The notes under the pieces were generated by a model. The model saw nothing but the letters and a program-made list of their open reading frames with translations, was not told the origin of the DNA and did not search any database. Below are positions 54,015 to 64,000 of a DNA stretch of 64,000 nt, in pieces. Source of the stretch: Eledone cirrhosa. Its lineage: Eukaryota. The stretch is from assembly GCA_964016885.1 (NCBI GenBank), contig OZ024742.1, positions 263,748,001 to 263,812,000 on the forward strand, read 5' to 3'. The stretch's first letter is position 1; the number at the start of each line of letters is the position of its first letter. The translations under genes and the position numbers were made by a program.

Positions 54015-55312
54015 GTTCTTCTGGTTTTATAATTTCACACATTTTTTCCCAATAGAGAGAGTCGGTTTCTAACATAGACACAAGACTCTCTCATTGGAAT
54101 TTACACAACATCAACTAAGTAGATTATGTATGCATGCATGTGTAGATATGGATGTGTATGTTTTGAGTTGTATGTGTGCATGTGTATATGCTTTGTATCT
54201 GTACATGTGTATATGCAGTTATTAGATGCAACATTTTTGGAATGTTTTACATAATTTTTACTGTTCCATTAATGGATTGTACTTGTAATTTCCTAACTAG
54301 TTGTGATCTTTCTGTTCCTGTGAAGCCTACCTTCTCAAGATGTGTATTAAGGCATTTACTAACATACCCCAGTGCCCCAATAATCTCAGGCATAAATCTG
54401 AAGGTGTAATCAGGGTGGAGTATCTGCAGATTTCTCATCAGTTCTGCATAAATATTCTCCTTGTCGCTAAACTTTGATATTATATTGACATCTGCTGGGC
54501 AGCTAATTTCCACTACTGTGCATGCTTTCTTCTCCCTGTCCCATATCATAATATCTGGTCTGTTATGCCTGCATTTTATTGGGGTTTTTACTGGAACATT
54601 CAACCAGTACTCTTTCATATTATGTACATGGATGTCTTCCACATTGTTGTAGCTTTTAATGTGTTTATTATCAGGGCTATATTTTTTACGAACTACATTG
54701 TACAGTGTTTTGGCCACTACATCCTGGCTCATAGGTAGATAGTACCGCGATGACATCTTTGGACAGCTGCTGACGACATGGGTGATATCCTCGATGTTAG
54801 TTCTGCAGAGTCTGCCCTTGTTATCACATCTAGGTGTTTTGCCTGCATCCCTATCTTTTTTGTGAATCAGGTATTTCGTGTTAATCTCCTGTTCTTGGAT
54901 TGCAAAAGCGTATCCTTCAAAGTGGGAGCCAATATAACGGTTGTTGGTCCAAGATAGACTACTTTCCTTATCTATTTTGCTCTCACTCTGGAGCTTCCTG
55001 GCAACATATCCATGAATGATATTTTGCTGATAAGCATGCAGTTTTTCATCCATGGGTTCACTGCGATACTGCTGAGCGACTTCCCTGGGTGTGAGTTTTT
55101 GATTATCACACAGGGAATATCTCTCGAGGAGCTCCTTCCCAACTCTCATGATCTTAACTATTTCATGCAGATAGACTTGCTCGGGAAGCGGGCTCCTACG
55201 CTTCGAGGTTCGTAGATGTTGTCGGGGAGATATGATGCGACATTCAAATGTTGTCTGGACTGATGTTAGGCCTCTGCCTCCCTGCTTACGTTTCAAGTAA
55301 AGGCGGTCTATG
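54015..55312 (-). mobile_element. R4/Dong-like LINE 3' fragment (CCHC + PD-(D/E)xK endonuclease)
   Basis: 349-aa ORF with RLCRTNIEDITHVVSSC, HNRPDIMIWD..VEISCP; TATG tracts on both sides. Confidence 0.93.
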
Positions 55313-56136
55313 TATGTATGTATGTATGCATGTATGTATGTATGTATGTATGTATGTATATATGAAATCTAATTGTTTTCACTTTTATTGGTCTTTCTAA
55401 CCGATTTGCACGAAAATGTATTGTTAGTGTATCTACAAGATATTTTGCCATATGACTACGATCAGCTTATTCCCGTTATTTAGTTATTCAATTTTTAATG
55501 TTGATTTCGGGGAATCGTGCATTCTTGCAGCATTTGAGCATATCAAATTCTATACATTGGTCGTCTTGGTATTTCAGTCTTTTCTCTACTTTACCAGGTT
55601 TTGTGTAACGGTGCATATAAACAACAAGGGGATAGACCAGCATAAGTTTCGTCGATGATCATCCTAGTTGTTGGATCAATAGAATAGTTCGCTCATGAAA
55701 TGACACAGCGACTCTTTGAACTACAATTCAAGTCCATCCCTCTAGCCTTCTCAATTTTATTCATTAAGTACATATGGACTAGAAGCTATATTAAATGTAT
55801 TTTGCGAAGATACCACACATTGTGATCGCACCCGGTACCTAATGGGTGCGAAGCGAAGTTACTAATTATTCAGCCATGCTGCATCCACATAAACAACAAC
55901 ACAGGTTTATGATTTCCTTTGTATATTACTGGCAGCGGCATCACGTGACATATCTAATTGCCAAAGATAGTCTCTGTGTCCAGAGATAGAATATACTAGC
56001 AGAATGGCCTGGCGTTGCTCGGGATTTGCTCTAGGGTTCTTATATATTTGATATATATTTATGCTTATCGAGCCTCGTGAAATAAATACGTTTGTTTATA
56101 TTTTGTTATTGTGTATGCAAAAATATCTGTACACGA

Positions 56137-56249
<113 letters not shown>

Positions 56250-56364
56250 TGTATATATATAAAAGTTTACATATATATAAAGTCATAGATATATATGTGT
56301 TTTGCAACGGTCACGTTGTGGCTCAATGAAGAATTAATAAATTAAATAATCAGAGCTATATATA

Positions 56365-56931
56365 ATAAAACATGTCTTTAGAATCACTAGATAAAATATA
56401 TACCTTTTCCTCTCCCAATTAGCATAATTAACCATATAAAAAATCAATTAGACTATATTGGGCTGCGCTTTCTAGCAATAAGCCTACCCACCGTAAGCAA
56501 CTATTCACATCCTTTCTAACTTGACCGCTGCCACGCCACGATTCTTAGCCATTTTTGAATGTATTTTTGGCGCGATCACTTTGATCTAATTTTGAGCTCA
56601 CTCCTGATGAATCCGAAGCTCTGGACATTCCCTGTTATCGGATGTCTTAAAATACGGATGAAACCATGGTAGAGGTATTTAAATATGTACGCATTTCTTC
56701 TAAGTTTATTTTACACCTAATTGTGTCGATTTCTACATGCTGTCGAAATGTTCGATAAGTACTCCGTCGTAGCCGCCGGGAAGGGGCTGCTTTCGGTTAT
56801 TTGTCGGAGATTTCTTCATAGGAGCCTTTATTCTTATAGCTTGGTCTAATTGGTTTTTTATATGGTTAATTATGCTAATTGGGAGAGGAAAAGGTATATA
56901 TTTTATCTAGTGATTCTAAAGACATGTTTTA

Positions 56932-56932
<1 letters not shown>
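56365..56932. mobile_element. Ribozyme-bearing mini-element with 89-bp inverted termini
   Basis: Arms 56365-56453 and 56844-56932 (one mismatch seen); TA flanks; internal hammerhead. Confidence 0.8.
56601..56674 (+). ncRNA. Type I hammerhead ribozyme, intact core
   Basis: ctc-CTGATGA-atccg..cggat-GAAACCATGGTA-gag; perfect palindrome accatggt. Confidence 0.85.
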
Positions 56933-57017
<85 letters not shown>

Positions 57018-57688
57018 AAATAACAGATTAAAGTTTAAGCAAAGAATCGCCGCTTTCACCCTTAACGGGGTCTTCTGAAACTAAAAAAATCAATCTGTGA
57101 ACGCAGAAGTAAATAATTCGAAAAAACGTTACGCACTATATATATACACTATATATACATATATACACACACACACAGCGTCATAATGTTGTAATGCAGA
57201 CAGACAGACATTCTCTGTTTTAGATATATAGATTATGCATAGTTATTTCAACATCTGGGTTGATTTTACGTTCTACTGTTTTTTCCTATTAACTGTACTT
57301 ATAAATCATTTATATATTACCGCTCTAACTCTCGTTCTTTGCACATTTATTTATTCCTATTCCTAATCGCTTTACACAAAAGTGTATTTATCCATATGAC
57401 TACTCACACACAGAGACATACTCACACACAGACAGACATACACACACACGTGCACAAGCACACGTGCGTACACACACGTGCACAAGCACACGTGCGCCCC
57501 TTCACATATGCCCACACTAGAACAGACGCATTAAATTATATTCGAATTTAGAGATTCTATTTGTTAGCATACGCTTCATCACAAAACACCCTCTGATGCG
57601 TCTACTTTTTGTTGACACTCATAACCAGTACATAGCATCTCTCCCCTTTCCTACATGTATGTATGTATGTATGTATGTATGTATGTAT

Positions 57689-58248
57689 GTCTCATGGTCG
57701 GGTCGTTGGCGACTAAACTGGCAACCCCACCAAGGTTTCTTGGTGAGGAGGGTGACTTTGGACATCCTGCAGGACTAAAAACAAAACCTGTCAAAAGGGC
57801 AAAGGAGCTCTTAAGAGTCAATGGCCATCCAAAATCACCGGGAGAGATGACCCCTTAGCCTTTGTAAAGGCAGAATTCTAGGAGAAGGAAAACTCTGATA
57901 TAACACCTGCAACCCTGACGGTATCCAATGATGTTGACTTGTTCTTCTTTTTGGTAAATATCATCTTGGTTAAGAGAGTGGGACTGGCTTTGTGCAGTGC
58001 CTTTGCTCACTATAAAAGTTTCACGGCACAGGCATTGCTTTATATCTGGAGATCTCTCTGCACTTGTCGTCACATGGAACCATGGGCCCAGCACTATGTG
58101 TCAATAATTGTCATAAGTGTAGTGTTTGTACCAGAGTTTTCAAGTCGCTGGCTGGACTAAAATGTCACACTCGTTCAGCGCATCGGTAGGGGTTCTCCTA
58201 CATGGATATAAAGTAGTGGCCGTACTCGAAAACGAGTTGGCAGCCACC
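57689..58248 (+). mobile_element. RTE-derived retroposon, lacking first ~50 bp
   Basis: Near-identical to 27882; TATG on both sides. Confidence 0.9.
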
Positions 58249-58953
58249 ATGTATGTATGTATGTATGTATGTATGTATGTATGCATGTATGTATGTATGT
58301 ATGTATGTATGTATGTATGTATGTATGTATGTATGTATGAGTGTGTGTGTGTGTATCATGGATTTCCGGGGTGGGAGTAATCTTCTCAATCTACTTTCTA
58401 CTAAATTATTCCGACAGTCTTGCATCTCATATAGCCAGAGGTTTACGTGATTACTGATCGTCTTGCTTAGACTTGTCATTAGATAATAATCATTGAGACT
58501 TAGAGGGGTTTGTACAATTTTTTCTCACTATAATCCAAAGATATACAGATGTCTCTTTTGCGATCTTTACATATATCATTCTATCTCTCGAACCAATGCA
58601 GGCCAGGATACAGAATTATTAGCAACATATAGGCATTAGGCACATTGCTGCAGTTATTGGCGGTGTCATGCAAATTTGCGCCAATGAAATACTGCCTCTT
58701 CCCTAGATTCGTCACCTCAAGAGATGTATAGGCGGGAGTAGTTACGGTTCCACAGTCCCCCATACAGACGTGTCCAATGTTGCAGTGTTGATAGTGCATG
58801 AGGGTGGGACCTTCGTCTAGACCTTTTATAGCTATATTGAAATGTCATCTATTTATGTATTGGAGAGTGTAAACTTGGAGGAGTGGTTAAAGTGATGTTG
58901 AGGCAGTTATCATCTCACAAAATGAGGCACACATCACGTATGTATGTATGTAT

Positions 58954-59340
58954 GTTCTTCTGGTTTTATAATTTCACAAAGTTTTACCATTAGAGAGAGA
59001 GAGTCGGTTTCTAACATAGACACAAAACTCTCTCATTGGAATTTACACAACATCAACTAGGTAGATATGTATGTCTGCATGCATGTGTAGATATGGATGT
59101 TACTGTATGTGTGGATGTGTATGTTTTGAGCTGTATGTGTGCATGTGTATATGCTTTGCATCTGTACATGTGTATATGCAGTTATTAGATGCACATTTTT
59201 GGAATGTTTTACATATTTTTACTGTTCCATTAATGGATTGTACTTGTAATTTCATAACTAGTTGTATTCTTTCTGTTCCTGTGAAGCCTAGCTTCTCAAG
59301 ATTTGTATTGAGGCAGTTATTAACATATCCCAGTGATCCA
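58954..59340 (-). mobile_element. R4/Dong-like LINE short 3' fragment
   Basis: LGYVNNCLNTNLEKLGF..QSINGTVKICK plus 3' UTR; TATG flanks. Confidence 0.9.
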
Positions 59341-59454
59341 TGTATGTATGTATGTATGTATGTATGTATGTATGTATGTATGTATGTATGTAGGTATGTA
59401 TGTATGTATGTATGTATGTATGTATGTATGTATGTATGTATGTATGTATATATG

Positions 59455-59927
59455 TCCTGCAGGAAACCTGTCAAAGGGCAAAGGAGCTCTTAAGAGTCAA
59501 TGGCCATCCAAAATCACCGGGAGAGATGACCCCTTAGCCTTTGTCAAGGCAGAACTCTAGGAGAAGGAAAACTCTGATATAACACCTGCAACCCTGATGG
59601 TATCCAATGATGTTGACTTGTTCTTCTTTTTGGTAAATATCTTCTTAGTTAAGAGAGTGGGACTGGCTTTGTGCAGTTCCTTTGCTCACTATAAAAGCTT
59701 CACGGCACAGGCATTGCTTTACATCTGGAGATCTCTCTGCACTTGTCATCACATGGTACGATGGGCCAAGCACTATGTGTCAATAATTGTCACACGTGTA
59801 GTGTTTGTACCAGAGTTTTCAAGTCGCTGGCTGGACTAAAAAGTCACATTTATTCAGCGCATCGGTAGGGGTTCTCCTACATGGATATAAAGTAGTGGCC
59901 GTACTTGAAAACGAGTTGGCAGCCACC
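59455..59927 (+). mobile_element. RTE-derived retroposon, 5'-truncated
   Basis: Near-identical to 27882; (ATGT)n tail. Confidence 0.9.
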
Positions 59928-60013
59928 ATGTATGTATGTATGTATGTATGTATGTATGTATGTATGTATGTATGTATGTATGTATGTATGTATGTATGTA
60001 TGTATGTATGTAT

Positions 60014-61430
60014 GTTCTTCTTGTTTTATAATTTTATGAATTTTTACCAATAGAGAGAGAGATAGAGAGTCGGTTTCTAACATAGACACAAGACTCTTTC
60101 ATTGGAATTTATATAACACCAACTATGTATGCATGTCTGCATGCGTGCGTGTGTTTGCAGGCATGGATGTTATTGTATATGTGGATGTGTATGTTTTGCG
60201 TTATATGTGTGCATGTGCATATGTTTTGTATGTGTACATGCAGTTATTACGTGCAGAAGTTTAGGAATGTCTTACGTATTTTTACTGTTCCATTAATGGA
60301 TTGTACTTGTAATTTCCTAACTAGTTGTTTTTTTTCTGTTCCTGTGAAGCCCAGCTTCTCAAGATTTGTATTGAGGCAGTTACTAACATACCCCACTGCT
60401 CCAATAATCACAGGTATAAATCTGAAGGTGTAATCAGGGTGGAGTCTCTGCAGATTTCTCATCAGTTCTGCATAAATATTCTCCTTTTCGCTAATCTTTG
60501 ATATTATATTGGCATCTGCTGGGCAGCTAGATTCCACTACTGTGCATGCTTTCTTCTCCCTGTCCCATATCATAATATCTGGTCTGTTATGCCTGCATTT
60601 TATTGGGGTTTATTACTGGAACATTCCACCTGTACTCTTCCATATTATCTATGTACATGTCTTTCGCATTGTTCTAACTTTTAGTACATTTCTACGGATT
60701 GCATTGTATATTGTGTTGGCCACTACATGATGCCTCATAGGTAAATAGTACCGTGATCACACCTTTGGACAGCTACCTATGTTACGGGTGACGTATTCGA
60801 TGTTAATTGTACTGAGTCTGCATTTGTTGTAATATCTAGGTGTTTTGCCTCCATCCCTATCTCTTTTGTGAATCAGGTATCTTGTGTTGATTTCCTATTC
60901 ATGGATTGTAAAAGCCTATCCTTTAAAGTGAGAGACAATATAGCAGTTCTTGGTCCAAGATAGACTACTTTGCTTATCAATATTACTCTCACTCTGGAGC
61001 CTCCTAGCAACATCCCCATGCATTATATTTTGCTGATAAGCATGCAGTTTTTCATCTATTGATTCACTGCGGTACTGCTGGACAATTTCCCTGCGTGTGA
61101 ATTTTGATTATCATGCAGGGAGTATCTTTCAAGGAGTTTCTTCACAACTCTCATGATCTTATCTGTCTCATACAGACAGACTTGCTCGGGAAGCGGGCTC
61201 CTACACTTTGAGCTTTGTAACTGTTGTCGGAGGCATATGATGCAACACTCAAATGTTGTCTGGACTGATGTTAGGTCTCTACCTCCCTGCTTACATTTCA
61301 ATAGAGGCGGTCTATGTCACTGTTGGTGTGGAAGCTTCCGGTGTTTAGGATTTTTCGAGTTTTAACATCAACTGCTCGGATTTCATCTATCATCGAATCG
61401 TTGGTGTTAGGATAGGCACAGCAAACACAT
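60014..61430 (-). mobile_element. R4/Dong-like LINE 3' fragment, more diverged
   Basis: IWDREKKACTVVESSCPAD; KQGGRDLTSV. Confidence 0.9.
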
Positions 61431-61855
61431 TGGAGTCGTGAATCGTGGAGAGACATTGTTAGGGAAGTTCAACTATGGCTGCTGCTAACAGGAATATTAT
61501 CTACAATTTCGTTTTTAAAAATCAAGAAATCAATCTTTTCGAATGGAAGAAAATAAACAGAATCGTCTGCAGGAATGGAACCACGCCACTATATATGTAT
61601 ATAATATAAACCAACGTTTACTCATTAAGCTTTGGTCTATTCTTGGCTATAGTAGAAGACACCTAAAATGCATTGCAGTGGGACTGAACCCAAAGCTACG
61701 TGGTTGCAAGGTGATCTTGTTACCTATACAGACATGTCTGCGCCTATTTGCTAACGTTTCCTGCGTCTGGTTTATATACTGTAATTATGCCTACATAAAA
61801 TTCATATATATATACGTACATACACTAACACGCACCTATACATACACACATACAT

Positions 61856-62237
61856 GGTGGCTGCCAACTCGTTTTCGAGTACGGCCACTACTTTATATCC
61901 ATGTAGGAGAACCCCTACTGATGCGCTGAACGAGTGTGACTTTTTAGTCCAGCCAGCGACTTGAAAACTCTGGTACAAACACTACACTTGTGACAATTAC
62001 TGACACATAGTGCTGGGCCCGTTGTACCATGTGACGACAAGTGCAGAGAGATCTCCAGATATAAAGCAATGCCTGTGCCGTGAAGCTTTTATAGTGAGCA
62101 AAGGTACTGCACAAAGCCAGTCCCACTCTCTTAACCAAGATGATATTTACCAAAAAGAAGAACAGGTCAACATCATTGGATACCATCAGGGTTGCAGGTG
62201 TTATATCAGAGTTTTCCTGCTCCTAGAATTCTCCCGG
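61856..62237 (-). mobile_element. RTE-derived retroposon, 5'-truncated
   Basis: Reverse complement of the 3' two-thirds of 27882. Confidence 0.9.
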
Positions 62238-62288
62238 AAGATATATATATATATATATACATATATATATCCACACATATATACATAC

Positions 62289-62327
<39 letters not shown>

Positions 62328-62381
62328 CATACACACATACATACATATATACATACATACACACATACATACATACACACA

Positions 62382-63922
62382 TACTTGTACTTGTGTCGAC
62401 ATTCACCCTGGACGGGTTGAGCCAGCTTCTTCCCTTGTCTTGACGGCATCCCGAAACATGGCAGCCCACGCACGACGGTCCCGGGCTAGGTCACTGGAGA
62501 TAGCGAGCCAGTCACGGTTCCATCGGCGCAGGCCGACCACCTGCGGACCTGAGAGTTCGGAGAGGTCCTCCTTGATCGTCTTTGCCCAGGTCTTCAGCTG
62601 CCTGCCAACGCGCTTGCGCCAGTTAGGGAGTGGAGGTGGGAGGAGAACAGCGCGGATCAGCTCACCCTCAGGGCGCCGGGCTGCGTGACCAAACCATCTC
62701 AAGCGCTGTTGCAGAAGCACTGAAGGAAGGGGTCAAAGATTCAGGCGAAGACGAAGACTGGTGGTAGGTACCCGATCAACGCGTCGGCAGCGAAGAATGC
62801 GGCTTGACCTCGGCTGCGCCCTGTCCCGTTGGAACCACGTCATTGGATCGCCACGTGACGAGGTGACGCCGAGGATGTTGGAACCGGGTGTTGATGACGA
62901 TAAGTCGATTGGCATCCGCGAAGGACACGAGCCGTTCACCATTGTCACAGCGTACGCCTAGGGCGAAGCATCCTAGAATATGCCGTGTTGTATCATAGCC
63001 GGCCCCGTCCGCGCATTCCAGTCCCCAGCGACAATAAGAACATCACTGGAAGGACGCCATCCACGGTTGTTTGGAGATCGGCATAGAACTGCGTCTTGTC
63101 CGCCTCGTCCGCATTGAGTGTGGGAGCGTAGACGGCAATTACGCTGACGGTGGAGATTTGACCCTTCAATCAAACCAGCGGTGTGAGATCGGCTGCCACG
63201 CCAGCAGAGCCGCTTGCGCGTCGGGGCTGAGCGCTACAGCGGCCCTGTGAAGGCCACTGTTGTCAGTCACGCCACTATGGTACAAGTGGTAGGAGATGTC
63301 CTTGCCAGGAACTTTGATCGGAAGATGACCAACATCGGGAAGTCGAACTTCTGAAAGGCAAGCGACACTAACGCAGTACCTGTGCAGATCCTTCATTGTA
63401 AGTGCCTGGACACCGTCGTCACGAAGTGTTCGGACGTTACAGCACGCCACCCTCAATTCCTTCCTTCGTCTGAAGAGCGGGACTACTGCGGGAGTAGTCT
63501 GTAGAGCCATAGCGGTAGGAGTGCTGTTGCTTTGCATTGCGTTCGTAGCGGGAAGGCAATTCGTATTCATAGTTCGTATTTGTAGGATTCATGGAAGAAG
63601 TGTCATGGGAGTAGTGAATTCACAAGCGGTCCCCCCAAAACCCGCATGTATATCCCGAACGAGGGGAAAAAACGCCCTGTTTGCCGCAGATTCTCCACAG
63701 ACGCAGGAACAGAAACGACCCGAAGCCGCCGGTTGCCGGAACAGACACCTCTTGGATTTTCACCAGAGCCCTTTTTGCAGGGTTGCGGCCCTAATACCTC
63801 TGGGTGCCAGATGAATCTGCCTTGGGTGGCCCTACCAGGAACCGAAGTTCCCGACGGCATAGCTATGACACTACCCGTTGCCACCGCCCTGCCACGTTGA
63901 GGAGGGGTTGGACTTTAGGTTG
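62382..63922 (-). mobile_element. GC-rich RTE-clade LINE deletion derivative (5' UTR + APE endonuclease + extreme C-terminus, RT missing)
   Basis: 5' UTR motif tcctggtagggccacccaaggc; CCNVRTL, ACLSEVR, AGDWNARTG, DNGERL; [11 protein letters not shown]; caagtacaagta tail. Confidence 0.88.
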
Positions 63923-64000
63923 AATACATACACACGTACATACACTCATACGCACAAACATGCAAACGCACACACGCTCACACACACACACATATATATA

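Noticed and set aside
57041-57086. Minus-strand cagaaga-ccc..ggg-gaaagc motif (also partial motifs near 13345, 33760, 45122)
   Set aside because: Core mutated or half missing and helix I/III not supported; possible relics only

Overview
AT-rich, repeat-saturated animal genomic DNA with no recognisable intact host gene and no prokaryotic features. The SINE families and microsatellite load suggest an octopus/cephalopod genome (inference). Nearly all long ORFs in the track are microsatellite artefacts or decayed transposon coding sequence. Elements seen: L1/Tx1-clade LINE pieces (1-1.8 kb, 18-22.5 kb); five R4/Dong-like LINE copies; six copies of a ~610-bp RTE-derived non-autonomous element; an endonuclease-only RTE; two Penelope GIY-YIG fragments; a Rep-encoding Helitron plus non-autonomous Helitrons; a ~3-kb hAT-like DNA transposon nested in a LINE; mariner remnants; several tRNA-derived SINE families. 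The most striking signal is absent from the ORF track: about 14 type-I hammerhead ribozyme motifs (CUGANGA...GAAA, mostly with a palindromic helix III) on both strands. Each has different helix sequences and most lie in short islands beside (TA)n tracts, some with inverted termini, suggesting a diverse population of Penelope-derived ribozyme mini-retroelements. Also notable: two unrelated retroelements chain together through (TATG)n tracts in opposite orientations, one copy has a twin-priming-type 5' inversion, and there is a head-to-tail Helitron CTAG|TC junction. All folds and alignments were done by eye and coordinates are approximate.
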